DNA of 45,394 bases, taken from contig JALAGF010002121.1 of NCBI GenBank assembly GCA_030167865.1, forward strand, positions 1-45,394, read 5' to 3'. Of this stretch, positions 20,101 to 30,848 are shown one piece after another. The translations under genes and the position numbers were made by a program. This DNA comes from Craspedostauros australis. Its lineage: Eukaryota. How positions within the stretch are numbered: the first letter of the stretch is position 1; each line of letters begins with the position of its first letter. The notes beneath the pieces are model-generated. The model saw only the letters and a list, made by a program, of their open reading frames with translations, had not been told where the DNA came from and searched no databases.

Positions 20101-22060
20101 CCATCGCGTCTGGATGGACGACGACACTTTTGACCAGAGAGACCAAGCAACCGAGGTTCTTGAGTCTGTTGTTGCCGTTGGCAACGTTCCTCACCGCCTC
20201 CACTATCTGGAGCACGGACACGTCGTTCCAGTCGGTGGTCTCCGCCAGAGTTTCGAATGCCACGTGGATGTCGCGCAGAGAAAGGCTCATTTCAAAGTCT
20301 TCCTCGAGCGGCTCGCCATAGAACATGGTCCCGGGGCGTGTGTAAAGCTCCAACTTGATTTTGGTGGTGACGGTCCAGTTCGACGATTGGATGTCAGTCA
20401 TCAAGGTGCCATTCTGCAGGTTGGGCTGCATCAACTGCACATTGTCCATGTTGTCGATCCCGCTCCAATGGACGTGCGCGATGCTGATGGTCATGTTGGC
20501 ACCGTACGCCAGCTGATACGTGAACTTCTGCAGTTCCGGTGGCAATCTAATCGCTATCCTTCCGCCGGTGAAGTGATTGATGGTGCCGGAAACGCCGCGG
20601 AAGAAGTAGCCGCACTCCTCTTCGTCGCACGGCTCTGGTATCCAGTCACTGAGAAAGCCCTTGTTGAGGTGAGCAAGAACGAATCCGTTGATCCACTCCA
20701 TGATGTTCCGCACGACTGGTGACATGAAGCCGTTGTAGGGTGAGTTGCGCAGTGATTGCAGCTGATGTGTCGATGATGATTGTGCGAGTGATCGGCGTGA
20801 ATGTCTTCTCATGTTGAATGCTGGCATATCCAACGCATCGACGTCAGCTTCTACTTCTGCTGTTGCTACGGCCGTTGCCATTGCCGAGCCGTGCGGTGAC
20901 AGCATCCGATGAGATTCAGACGATGATGTCGCTGCAGTTGCCGAAGTTGAAGGTGATTCAATGACACCATCCGTACCTTCGCCTGCGGACGGCCTCAATT
21001 GCGAATAATCGGTGACTTCACCTCCATTTTGATGACCAACCTGACTACCATGATCAAAATGTCCTTCGACATCATCGTCTCTCGGCAAGTGGGCCTCAAA
21101 CCACGGCAAGGCCTGCGACAGCAAGTCGTTGCCCTTCTCTTGGACCGTATCGTTGATGAGCGGGCAGAGCTGCGTACCGAGCGCAGACGTGATCCATCTG
21201 GAAATCGGACCCACGAACCAGTCGATAACGTGCGCAGAGATGGATCCTGTGAACTTGATGCTGTGCTTCGGCGCGCTGAGCTTGGTGCCGCATTTCGTGC
21301 ATTCGGTGTGCATTGGGATTTTGACGGTGCCATAATGCGGTATTGCCTGACCCTGCACAATGATGTTCAACTCTACGGCATGGTCGTCGCCACGGATCGA
21401 GGCCTGGACGTTTCCGGAGAGGCCACCGGATGATTTGTACTTGCCGCTGCAGGTGGCGGAGAGTCCGGAGAGGACGATGCCCAGGAGCGGGTCCTTCACA
21501 CTGTCGCTCGATGGCGTGAAGGATGATGTGATGTTGGTCAGCACGAACTGAGAGCATGTCATGTCGTGGATCCTTATCATCATGTAGTCCTTGTGGAAGA
21601 TCTGCTGCGGGATGGCAACCTTCAGGCGCCACAGCCAGCATGCCAACCGGTTGCTTCCCTTTGAGACATCCGTGCAGTTTGGTTCGAGATGGTCACGGAT
21701 ATCTGTATCGTCGCCATCGTTGAATGCATCGTAATTGATGACATCAATGGATGGCATGCCTTGAAAGGGGTCGAACGAATTGGTGGGTGGAGAGTCCAAA
21801 TGAGTCACCTGAGTCATCTCAGCGTGCTTCAAATCTTCGTTCTGGCGATCAACATTGTCGTCATCAACAATACTGCCATCAATGGTGGTATCAACGGCAC
21901 TGTCGAGGGTACTATCGCGAGTGCTATCGTCTCTTGCTTGCTCCTGTGGCACAATCAAGCCAACATCCCGCGAGGGATGCAATACTTCGCTCCTGGCAAA
22001 TTGCACCTTGAGGTGGAGGCACAGCACCAGCAATGCGGGGATGCTCACCATGACTCTCAT
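17135..22060 (-). CDS. Large membrane protein: signal peptide, about 1000-aa luminal region, TM helix, then two PqiA (paraquat-inducible protein A/LetA)-like domains
   Basis: Single 1641-aa ORF with a hydrophobic N-terminus. PqiA-type motifs FSGMWPYGKLL...LGKFSLVDTYVL and VITPI...NAWSAVEVFALSI echo the WSMxDVF signature. Confidence 0.82.
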   Translation of the reverse strand: MRVMVSIPALLVLCLHLKVQFARSEVLHPSRDVGLIVPQEQARDDSTRDSTLDSAVDTTIDGSIVDDDNVDRQNEDLKHAEMTQVTHLDSPPTNSFDPFQGMPSIDVINYDAFNDGDDTDIRDHLEPNCTDVSKGSNRLACWLWRLKVAIPQQIFHKDYMMIRIHDMTCSQFVLTNITSSFTPSSDSVKDPLLGIVLSGLSATCSGKYKSSGGLSGNVQASIRGDDHAVELNIIVQGQAIPHYGTVKIPMHTECTKCGTKLSAPKHSIKFTGSISAHVIDWFVGPISRWITSALGTQLCPLINDTVQEKGNDLLSQALPWFEAHLPRDDDVEGHFDHGSQVGHQNGGEVTDYSQLRPSAGEGTDGVIESPSTSATAATSSSESHRMLSPHGSAMATAVATAEVEADVDALDMPAFNMRRHSRRSLAQSSSTHQLQSLRNSPYNGFMSPVVRNIMEWINGFVLAHLNKGFLSDWIPEPCDEEECGYFFRGVSGTINHFTGGRIAIRLPPELQKFTYQLAYGANMTISIAHVHWSGIDNMDNVQLMQPNLQNGTLMTDIQSSNWTVTTKIKLELYTRPGTMFYGEPLEEDFEMSLSLRDIHVAFETLAETTDWNDVSVLQIVEAVRNVANGNNRLKNLGCLVSLVKSVVVHPDAMVGFVLDTFRMVPRNGNETAQSSLELDLDNLFNAVAQVASVEYSELINTIIGKYTHDHGIGNLNTYLQHILSTWSLDPHSGKVAECPASEILDHPQFVNFTQVKLLDEINGFLRDRATMQSFNDYLGCLSRVLIHHRHLSDEVDTGDANADTIANNMADNIAGVHSGAAATHAPPQSLEPSDPSTSAVGKLASRIFGSLVNIRELSLNNFDTLEQLQVLMPTKLTKEINLLHSSAIYAQDTKWSPEVVFGMDVNMPAFDLDISLNSTLLVGDLVMNLGSRIDYDLNQLATRSLANIFQFAQCAAVPLSELRLVAPASLSIGQFESNTSILIVQGQHQPVQYKLGTREYPVVTEMLSSVMQWVWHTTFDVVNKAAEKLVVKSPNICHGDVNPNAPVPSTEDQPDHLPFLGFVGFFFVLGQLVFFSVMRAKRMSRLNRQGVDELHRPLLPNEAATTDQVLEGCLSPSALDDDIVAGINEGINERLMEEHIIDQQKPHSLFKAEQVPAIVRHLVPILIVCTIIMLLTGNLSVGASVDVNIALGNGNNISLPEVFGFSLGHTIRQLYAAGIYPLLFLVVGFSGMWPYGKLLLMLRAWIVPTVNLPRRERVLLMLDALGKFSLVDTYVLVLFMVAFRYHLELSDTVVLDLYVSPHRGFYGFLLATSVSLLLGHLMLYYHRKCQDEGLSLVSARRVSVLGQSFGVNPHGTKFRISLFLKFVLLATLGGAAGLMCIGFTKKSFIFEFGGVGGAALGDRSSSSYSLLSIGTFLSDSAANPHSIGILAIQAAFFFYAVITPIACLTLLTTLMFYPLQIRQQKKVLVMAEIANAWSAVEVFALSIIAALLQISTFADFMIGDKCDILNSILAEFAPADSTEDPVCFSVQASVASNCWYLVVGVLLNSAVVSFALRLAQFAVHERIAKNNPQMQPNLVDEDPDTSPSSIIDRLHGMKVTRCLFLSKVNVNDLPSGDGAEPRAFEENSEDDIPEWRSWFKA

Positions 22061-22713
22061 GGTTGGTGGCCTTCGCTTCCTCGCTTGTTTCTGCCTGCGT
22101 CTCTTGGCAGCCCAGCTCTTCTGCCTCCCTTCCGCGAATGAATGAACGAATAAATGAATGTTGTGGAGGAATGTGGGTGAGTGGAGTATTGCAGAATAGT
22201 CGTTTGTGCGACTTCTGGACCAACGATGGCAGATTTGGTTTTGACAGCTGCAACGTTGCTGATTGTGGTGTCAACGATGAGGGGAGAGGCTGCGCGGATC
22301 ATTCGCCTCTTCGTTTGTGCACAAAAGGACGAAGGAAGCGCCAGGAAATGAAAATGCCAAGTGTCACAAGAGAACATTTCACTCCGAGCTGTCGGTCGTG
22401 CGTGGTTGGAGTGCGTCTTCTTTTCTGTTCCGCAAGGAACCGTTGGAAGATTGACATCGCTCCACTTTTGAATCAGTGGACTGGAAACAACAAGCGTTAG
22501 ACCATAGACTGCCAGACGTACGACTATGCAATCGAATAATACACTCCAAATCGAAGACATTACGAGTGGAGAGTAACATGTGAAATGCTATACGTATGTA
22601 CATAGATATACATTACGATGTCGATTATGTGTACTCGCACGCGTGCCTAGTCGAATCTGCGCCTGCGCACACGCAAGATACTATTCTATTACACTCAACA
22701 GGACACCACGACA

Positions 22714-24986
22714 TCACTCATCTTCTCCGTCCAACAGAGCATCCCCGCCACCATCTCTGCCGCGCATCTGCTCGCGATGGACGAACAGCTTGTTTTCGAT
22801 GAGTCCCGATCGTAGATCGCCCAGGAAGGCCGCCTTGTCGACCTTGCGGGCCTTGTCCAGATGGGATCGGATACGATCGCGGTGGCTGTCGAGGGCTTCC
22901 ATGGCGGTGGCGCCACCCAATCCCCAAACCTCCAGACCTTCCAATTCCAACCACCGGCCATTGGCGCATCCTGGTTCGGGTGTGAATGGCAACCATCGCG
23001 TGCTGTCCTCGAAGGAGGTGTCGGCTTTTCCGATGTAGGATGTGTCCAAGGCTGCGGAGACGAAGAACCGCGGTTGCTTTGCGGATCCACCAAAGCCAAT
23101 GCCCTGCGCGGTGCCAGATTTCGCATTTGTCTTCATCATGCCGTTGCCGCCATTGCCATTCCCCGTGTTGGAGTGAAAGTACTGGTAGTTGCCACCACCG
23201 CGGCGAGTTGTAGGAGTTGCATGGTACACCTCCACCTGCGGTCGCAGCATGAAGGCAAAGCAATCGCGCTTTCCAAAGAAATCGGCGCTTTTCTTCCATG
23301 CGCTCGTCGCCAACCCGCCCCACATGACGACGGTGGAGGTTTTCGTGTCGTACCCCTGCACCAGCATTAACGTCTCTCCTTTGTATCCTTGCACCGCGTG
23401 TTCCAGGCGGTTGGAGGACCAGCCATCTTTGCCGGAGTCGTAGAGGCAGTTCCACGGACTCGGTTGAAACTTGGAGTCGCTCTGCATCAGCGACCGCGGC
23501 ATCATCGATGCAATGGTGAAGAGCGTCGATTCTGTCTTGAGCATCGAATCCTTGTTGCAGTTCTGCAGTGTGGGGAACACGTTGGTACGCGATTGGATTG
23601 GGCTTGTTCCAAATACGATGCGTTCCATGAAGATCGAAAGCGTCTGCGGCAACGAAGGAAACTGCTGGCTCGCCCAACTTTGGAAGTCTCCGATTGTTAC
23701 GATGTCTGGAGTCTCGGCATGAGTTTTGACGAATTCCTCCAAACTCCCCACCAGCCTTGCTGATGCTTTGGTTGAGTTCTTGAGCGCTTCTGTGCGAACA
23801 ACGTTACCACTGCCATCTGCCTGATCCGGCCCATCGAATGTTCCTTGGACGATTGCATCGATCGACCGTGTTGTGATGGCCAGTTGGTAAAACAAGGCGA
23901 TCAGTGCGGGGGCATCTCGAATCGGCAGACAGTTGCTGTGAGGCGGTGTTTGTGTTGGTGCATTCCCGCCACCAGCATTCGCTGCTGCCAGATGGAACAG
24001 AAGCTGAATGTAACCATCCTTGCGTGATGCAGGAGTGCGAGTACCCCTATCCATCCACGTCGATATGACGTCCGTAAATGTCTGCAATGATGATTCGGCA
24101 TCGAGGTTGTCGCCGTTGAAATTCAGGTCCAAATGACCAACCATGTTGAAGGGATCTGCAGTTGTCTCACTGCCATCGCTCCCCGGCTGCACTGGATTGA
24201 TACTGTCACCCAACATCGATTCCAATGCGACCAAGTAAGCTTCATCCAGTTGATCCATACTCGTTTGCAGTTTGGCATGTGCCAGCATTCTGCGAACCGC
24301 AACCTCGGGGTCATCGTCATCGCCGTCGCCGTCCTCTGCGTTTGCGTCTGTGTCACCATTCTGAGATGACCCATGTGGGTTGAAGGATGCTCCAACCACT
24401 TGGTTCTGATTCTTCTGATCCTGCTGTCCGGCCTTGATGGATGCCTTTGCCAGCCGAAGCAGGGAACCGGCGGATGCTCCGTCATGCTTCTTGACGACAT
24501 CGTCTTTCCAACACTTGTATACGGATTCCAACCAACCCAATTCCGTCCTCGTCCAACTATTCTGAACATTGATATCTCCACTGCTCCCTGACTCTTGTTG
24601 GCCCGTGCCTGCTGCAGCAACGGTGGTGGCTGCTCCGCCCGGTGCTGGCGTCTTCACGGACTCAGCATCATTTGTGCCATCGAAGAAGGCAACTATGGAA
24701 TTCCACATGCCTCCGCTTGAACAGTCTGCAAGGCAACCACTGCTCTTTAGCATTCCAGCAACGCTGCTGAAGTAGGCTGCAAATGCGCTTCCGTCGTGTT
24801 GTATTCTGTAATTCTACTATGTAATGGTGATCGTATTATCACACACTATGCGTGCGAGTTGATGTGTGGTCGAGTTCTTTGCCCTTGGTTGAATTCCATT
24901 GTGGTAGGTGCAACGCAATACTCGCACGTGCGACGGTGCCTGCCTCCAACAACAAGCGTCCGTTTGCGTTGTTCTTGTCCGGCCAT
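22714..24986 (-). CDS. TLDc-domain protein (MEAK7/Rtc5-like); probable short first exon
   Basis: C-terminal TLDc motifs WNCLYDSGKDGWSSNRL...GYKGETLMLV...WGG...FFGKRDCFAF...LEVWGLGG. Inferred exon 1 is 24986-24928 and intron 24927-24806 (GTGCGA...TACAG), joining in frame to the 24805-22714 exon. The start is less certain than the body. Confidence 0.85.
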
Positions 24987-25438
24987 TCCGTTTCGGGTCG
25001 TTTTTTCTTTTTGAATTGTCGAGATTCGAATCCGTGGCGAATCTGCATTTCTGATTGGTTGATTATGCACGAATAGAAAACACATGAAATTGGTCGAATG
25101 GATCGTAGACTTGTTCAGTCGTGTTTTCGAACCGAAGTCATGGTGATTCTCCTTTGTTCGTTCGTGTGACCGTGAGACGAAGATTGGGAAGGCGAGAAAC
25201 AAGCACTTCACGAAGATTCACACGATGACCCACACACAAACGATCTGCATCCAGTTCAGGGGCGGAGTCCCACAGAGCCGCAGCACCACTGGTCGCACTC
25301 ACAACACTGATCAGTGCCAGAAGAACTCGCATTTGCGTCAACACCTTCGATTCCATCGCATTGCTGTGGTTCCGGCGACATCATCAATCACGCAAGCACA
25401 GACATATAATACCTCTCCGAACGAAGACAACGCGTGCG

Positions 25439-26338
25439 ATGCAATTCCGCCGGAAACCTCGCAAACTGAAGGACCGCCCGCTACTGCCCGTGATCATCGT
25501 CTCCACACCGATCCTCCTGATCTTCGCGATCGCCCATTTCGTGCGGGATCCTTCGTTGAATGCTGCCGCCGTCGCAGCGGATATTCAGATGAAGAAAGAA
25601 GCAGGCGTCATACCGCGAGGCCAGCTGCAGCCAGATGTCATCGTGTACAATAGCGTGGAAAGCGGTCGCAAGGATGCCGTGCGGTTCGAGGCCATGGGAG
25701 TGGAGCAGGATGGCACGAGACGCGTGCTGACCGTGACGGAGTGGGCCGAGCTGATGTCGCAGAATGACACGAAGGTTGCAACTGCCCTGGCGATGAACTT
25801 CACGCAGACGCTGAGAGACCTGCCGTTCCACGGGATGCGATGGGAGACCAAGGGTGTCACATCCGAGACGGCCCCAAGTACGAAGATGGAGTTTGCCGTG
25901 GTCAATGACGAGAGCTTGTACGAGTTCGCAGACAAGAATCCAGATGAGCAAGCGTTTGCGAAGCATTTGCAATGCGATGGTGCTTCGCAAGATTGGAGCA
26001 CGGGGGCTGTGGGCACAATGGTTCCTGGATGCGTGTTTACGAACCTCGGTAAAAATGCTATCTTGGTATCACCGAAGAAGCTTGGAGAGAAGAAGGCGTA
26101 CGGTCACCTGGCGGCGTTTGTCAGATCAGCACCAGACAATCAGATCGCGGCATTCTGGTCACTGGTCGCCACGACGTATTTGGAAACGCTGGAGGACCGC
26201 GATGCACAAAATCCGCTTTGGCTGTCAACCGCGGGAGGTGGAGTGGCATGGTTGCACGTGCGGTTGGATGACCGACCCAAGTACTATCACTACCAGCCAT
26301 TCAAGAAGGCGGCCGGCAGAGCACTGAGATGGTTCTGA
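25439..26338 (+). CDS. DUF6940-like protein with N-terminal membrane anchor
   Basis: Motifs RWET, EFAVV, FTNLGKNAILVSP, YGHLAAFVRSAP and LWLSTAGGGVAWLHVRLDDRPKYYHY match the family as I recall it. First ATG is at 25439, followed by a basic stretch and hydrophobic LLPVIIVSTPILLIFAIAHFV. Confidence 0.75.
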   Translation: MQFRRKPRKLKDRPLLPVIIVSTPILLIFAIAHFVRDPSLNAAAVAADIQMKKEAGVIPRGQLQPDVIVYNSVESGRKDAVRFEAMGVEQDGTRRVLTVTEWAELMSQNDTKVATALAMNFTQTLRDLPFHGMRWETKGVTSETAPSTKMEFAVVNDESLYEFADKNPDEQAFAKHLQCDGASQDWSTGAVGTMVPGCVFTNLGKNAILVSPKKLGEKKAYGHLAAFVRSAPDNQIAAFWSLVATTYLETLEDRDAQNPLWLSTAGGGVAWLHVRLDDRPKYYHYQPFKKAAGRALRWF

Positions 26339-26731
26339 CAATTATGCTGATCATGACAATGAAAACGGTAGTCGTGATGCGAAGTTCCTTCAACTTCTCT
26401 GCTCAATTTGCATATTTGAGGAGTGAGAGTGGCGATCGTTGAATACGATGACTGCGAGGGCGCCGAGAAAGAGACAGATAGGGCACTCTGCTTGCAAACT
26501 CCACAATTACATTCTTGGATGGGATGGTATGGTAAGAGATACCAATGTTTTTGCAACAAGTTGTGCCGTAGATGCGCGGCATGAGATTGAAGCCAATTCA
26601 ATTAAGTTCAATGCTGTTCGAATCTGCAACAGACCTTTACTTCCATCCATTCCACGAATTCCATAGGTACTGCACTCATGAGGTGTCATCACCCAACTCA
26701 AGCCCACCCCTTCACATCATGTAACGTCCCA

Positions 26732-27514
26732 TCACGCCCTCGCAATCACGTAATACGTCGTCCCGAAATGCCACGTATCCACCTTGTCCACCACCAAGTT
26801 CGATTTCTCCAGCAGCCGATCCAAATCGCGATTCCAGACGCATCCCCAATTCTTGGCGTGGCGTTCCGCATGCTTATCCAAATACTGCGTGATGAAATCC
26901 CACGTCTTGGATCGCCCATGTTCCAACAGCAGCACCTTCCCGCCGGGTTTGCAGACGCGCTCCATCTCATTGAGGACCTGCACAGGATCGTCGTAGCTGC
27001 ACAGACCGAAGGTGTCCACGACGGTGTCGAAGGAATCGTTGGGAAAGGAGAGCTCCGAACTATCGGCTTGCAAACACGCGAATTTGGGTTTGGCTTGTGC
27101 TGCCGTCTCGGCCACCTTCTTGCGCGCCTGCAGCAGCATCTGATCGGAAGAATCGATGAGCACGACGCGATCGACGGTTGATTTGGGATAGTAGGACAGG
27201 TTGCGGCCCGTGCCAGCGCCGACCTCCAGCACCGTGCCTTTGGCATGGAAATACAGCAGGGAACGGCGCAGCAAGTTGATGCCCATGGCCAGTTCGTCGC
27301 GTCCGATCTGCGCATCGTAGAACTCGGCGACGTGCTGATACTGTTCGTTGCGCTTCGGGTTATCCACGAAGGAGGCGACGTCGCGCAGTCGGTGCTGCGT
27401 GTCATGCACGTCCTGCTGATTGGCCTTCATTGAGTTGTAGGCGTAGTAGCACGAGCCGATGTACACGATGCCGCCCGTCGCCAGGGCGCCGATCTTTTGG
27501 AAGTTGCTGGCCAT
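26732..27514 (-). CDS. OMS1: Class I SAM-dependent methyltransferase, OMS1/METTL7-like, with N-terminal TM anchor
   Basis: VLEVGAGTGRN (motif I), SFDTVVDTFGLCS, RVCKPGGKVLLLEHGRS, WGCVWNRD and HFGTTY. Likely ATG at 27514; the open frame extends to 27595. Confidence 0.85.
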   Translation of the reverse strand: MASNFQKIGALATGGIVYIGSCYYAYNSMKANQQDVHDTQHRLRDVASFVDNPKRNEQYQHVAEFYDAQIGRDELAMGINLLRRSLLYFHAKGTVLEVGAGTGRNLSYYPKSTVDRVVLIDSSDQMLLQARKKVAETAAQAKPKFACLQADSSELSFPNDSFDTVVDTFGLCSYDDPVQVLNEMERVCKPGGKVLLLEHGRSKTWDFITQYLDKHAERHAKNWGCVWNRDLDRLLEKSNLVVDKVDTWHFGTTYYVIARA

Positions 27515-28018
27515 GATTCCTGTCACCTTGCTCCTTGCACTTCTTCTTGCTCGTATGAGTAGTCGTATTTGTTGTGTTCGTTCGTTCCATTGCACTTGTC
27601 TGGCTTTCTGGTTGTGATGGGAGATCGAATGGATGAGCCAACCCCGTCAAGGCGAAGCGTGTGGTGCCGTCGGATGCGGAATCTTTCATTGGCTTCGCGA
27701 AGATGGGATAAGTTAGTCGTATTGGTCAATTGCCGCAATTGCCAGCTCAGCCGCGAGGACCGCCAAGATCCTTTCTCCTCTTGGTGAATGGATTCTTGGG
27801 CGAGGACGTGGTCGTACTCGACCAATACCCCAATCTCCGACTTGCTTGGCTCAGCACCATCGGCATATAGTGCGAGTATTGTATTACATAACACTGCACT
27901 ATTCCATTGATCTACCTTACGCTGCTCTCATTTGCCCACGATGGCAACAAATATCACCACGAACTCTCGACACCACAACACATACACAGACACTTGACAT
28001 GGTCACACGGTTGACCAG

Positions 28019-29560
28019 CTAGTAGCTCCTGGCGTAGCGGAAGCTGCAGAATGGACATCCGTTGGTGCGTCCGCCGCAGGAGTAATCGCCTTTCGCGAGC
28101 TGGTTGTTGTGACACATGAGATCGCGCAGCATGACTTCCTGCGGCGACTGGCCCAACGGCATGCTCTGGCCGCCGTACTCCGGCGGGATATTCTCGATGG
28201 GAATCTGCTCCAGCAGCTCGTTGAAGATCTCCTCCTTCCCGCGCAGGATGCGGATCTTCGCCAGAGTGACTTCATCGACCATCGGCTTGACGACGTTCCA
28301 GATCATCTTGAACCATCCAGGGACGTTGATAACGAGGACGCAACCGGCGCGTTCGGGATAGTGCTGCCCGGTGAAGGCGCTGCACTTCTTGACATATTCC
28401 ACGCAGTCGCCGACGAAGTCCATCATGCGCATGCCCTCCAAGTCGATGACGGTGATGGATCGAGCGAAGTCATCGCGCTCCACGTACTGCCACTGGAACT
28501 CGGTGACCATGGCGTAATGACGCAGCAGGCTGGGCAGGTCTACGCCGCCTCGTTTGAGTGCTGCCAAGTCTGTTTTGGGTGGTCGTTCGTAGAACACGGG
28601 CGCTCCGTTGCGCGCTCGCAGGTGGTAGTAGTGCGGGTAATGCTGCTTGATCCAGTCAAAGTTGGGATGTGCGACCTGCAGGATGCTGTTGATCCCCGTC
28701 TCTTTGCGCCACTGCACCGTCGCCTCGAACCGACTTTGCCCTTCGACGGGATCCCCCTTGCCGGCTCTCAGGAATCGCAGCGGCAGTTCTTTCGGAACTG
28801 GTGGTGCCGGCAAAGGCGTGAAAGGATCCTCCGGTGTATACAGCTGCGCGTGCATACCATACTCGCCCGATTGTGGCGATTGCGCAGCTCCTGCCAAGTT
28901 CGACGACGATGACGTCAACGAAGACGACGACGACGCCGGTGGGTATGGCGGAGGCGGTGGCGGAGATGACGAATGCACGACTGCATCCTTATCACACTGC
29001 TGGTGCTGCATGCCGCGCTGCGTCGGCGGGAAAGGGGGAGGCGGCGGCTGCTGCTGTTTACCATGATGCGGGTACTGTGGCGGGTGCGGCTGGTGCGGCT
29101 GATGAACGTTGTGAGCTTGCTGACCTGGTGGAACATCGCTGTAATCGAAGGTCTCGGCATCATGGAAGCCCGAGATAGAGACCGGACCAATATTGGAGCC
29201 CTCCAACGGCTGGTCTCCACCGCGGACGCCGAAGAGCACTCTGCTGAGACTTTGACTACCGCCCTCACTGGCACCGCTGGCGCAACTGGCACCACTGGCA
29301 TTGAACTTCTTCAGCAGCATGCGGCCATGCTCGTCGTGACCATCATGCTCATCCAGCGCATCGAAGAATTGGTCCTCTGTGGGTGATGACGCAAAGAAAA
29401 GAGAATGCCACGGATCATCTGCGTACTCCACTTGTGACGGTTCATCGTCGAATGCCAGCTGGGCCAGTATTTGGAACGCGTTGGCCTGCGTTGCAGCCTG
29501 CATCCCGTTGGCGCTGGGTTGCTGTCCTAGGAACGCGGCTCCCGAATCCATGCTCAACAT
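28019..29560 (-). CDS. CRAL-TRIO (Sec14-like) lipid-binding protein with a disordered Pro/Gln-rich N-terminus
   Basis: LRFLRA...WRKE, ITVIDLEG, QHYPERAGCVLVINVPGWFKMIWNVVKPMVDEVTLAKIRIL and IPPEYGG. First ATG is at 29560; the open frame extends to 29767. Confidence 0.9.
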   Translation of the reverse strand: MLSMDSGAAFLGQQPSANGMQAATQANAFQILAQLAFDDEPSQVEYADDPWHSLFFASSPTEDQFFDALDEHDGHDEHGRMLLKKFNASGASCASGASEGGSQSLSRVLFGVRGGDQPLEGSNIGPVSISGFHDAETFDYSDVPPGQQAHNVHQPHQPHPPQYPHHGKQQQPPPPPFPPTQRGMQHQQCDKDAVVHSSSPPPPPPYPPASSSSSLTSSSSNLAGAAQSPQSGEYGMHAQLYTPEDPFTPLPAPPVPKELPLRFLRAGKGDPVEGQSRFEATVQWRKETGINSILQVAHPNFDWIKQHYPHYYHLRARNGAPVFYERPPKTDLAALKRGGVDLPSLLRHYAMVTEFQWQYVERDDFARSITVIDLEGMRMMDFVGDCVEYVKKCSAFTGQHYPERAGCVLVINVPGWFKMIWNVVKPMVDEVTLAKIRILRGKEEIFNELLEQIPIENIPPEYGGQSMPLGQSPQEVMLRDLMCHNNQLAKGDYSCGGRTNGCPFCSFRYARSY

Positions 29561-30425
29561 GCTTGTATCGATCTCTGTCCAGAGATGTTGCTTCAGGTGT
29601 TGCTTCAGGTGTTGCTTCAGGTGTCGTGCTTCCCTCACTCCTGCTGCTTCTTGATCAGGCTTCGCGTTCTCAACGTTCTTCGCCTTTCTCTCGTTTCTCT
29701 GCCTCTTCGTGCAGGTGTGGATGGAGAGCTGCTCGCACGGATATATCCCTAATGCCAAGTCAACCACTGTCGCTGCTCTTGCAAGAAGCTCGAGAGATCG
29801 TACTTTGTGAATGAATGAGTTGTCTCTCCAGAGTGTTGGTCGTATGCATTAATAATAGTAAGGGAGACACCCTTTCCACTCGGTTGGGCACAACTCAGCG
29901 AACCCACGTGCTGGATGACAACAATGCGCTCTTGTGTTTTGTCGTTTCTCTCCTCTTCTGGCGACGACACCCCAAACAACACTTTCTCCACCAGGGAAGT
30001 GACGGAAGCTTTGGAAACCACGACGGGAAATGTGGCGCGTCACGCAAGTCACAAGCATCATCGCCCAACCACAACAGCTGCGCGAACAAAATGTCGAATC
30101 CATTCAAAAAGGTTCTTTTTTGAAATTGCGCACGGACGAAGCGTTTAGTATACTATATGCAGATGCATTCTAGTACACCATGCAACTGCATGATACCAAA
30201 TACGTGATACTTCTTGTTCTGTTTTGCATGTCTCGCCATTTTTCTCCGAAGCCTTGTTTGTCCGATTCGTCCTTAAGGAAATGGTACACAAACAATGGTT
30301 GTGTTGTCGACATGAACGTAGTACGGTTTTCGGGATATCTATCGTCTTCCTTGGAATCGTCCCAAGATTCATGGAGCAGCTCAACAATGTGCCAAGACGT
30401 TATGACGGTTATTGTGTGTTCCGTT

Positions 30426-30848
30426 TTAAAGGGTTTTCCGTTGTCGGAACACATCGGAGTCACATAATCGGAACACAACGGCTCTGTGGTGCAACTCGGT
30501 GAACGTTGTCATGTGGATGTTGTCGTTGTCGGATGCCGTTTGACTGTTGTCGTTGTTGGGGCCATCTTCGTCGTCGCTCTCTCCCAGAGTGGAAGCACTG
30601 GCGCTGATGGGAAAGACGAGCATCCATGAAAGGGGCTGCTTTCTCTCAAGTTGAAGGACTGGGAAGCAACCGCAAAGCCACATGAAGCAATCCATCAACA
30701 GTGATACCTCAGGGCAAGGAGCTTCGTGCGCTTCGTGAGCTTCGATTCGCATCTTTCTCATCTCAGCTCCTTTTGATGTCGCTGCGATTGGAACTGTACG
30801 AGACGAGCTCATCGGATCCACCTTGATCGCCTTTCCCATCACGTCCAT
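30426..30848 (-). CDS. Possible small hypothetical protein
   Basis: ATG-started part of ORF 30426..30959, with an acidic patch (ESDDEDGPNNDN). No domain recognised. Confidence 0.2.
   Translation of the reverse strand: MDVMGKAIKVDPMSSSRTVPIAATSKGAEMRKMRIEAHEAHEAPCPEVSLLMDCFMWLCGCFPVLQLERKQPLSWMLVFPISASASTLGESDDEDGPNNDNSQTASDNDNIHMTTFTELHHRAVVFRLCDSDVFRQRKTL

Noticed and set aside
990-29560. Functional lipid-transport gene cluster (Dispatched-like, PqiA-like, CRAL-TRIO)
   Set aside because: The genes are interspersed with unrelated ones and I see no shared regulatory motif. Co-location is probably chance unless synteny or co-expression shows otherwise.
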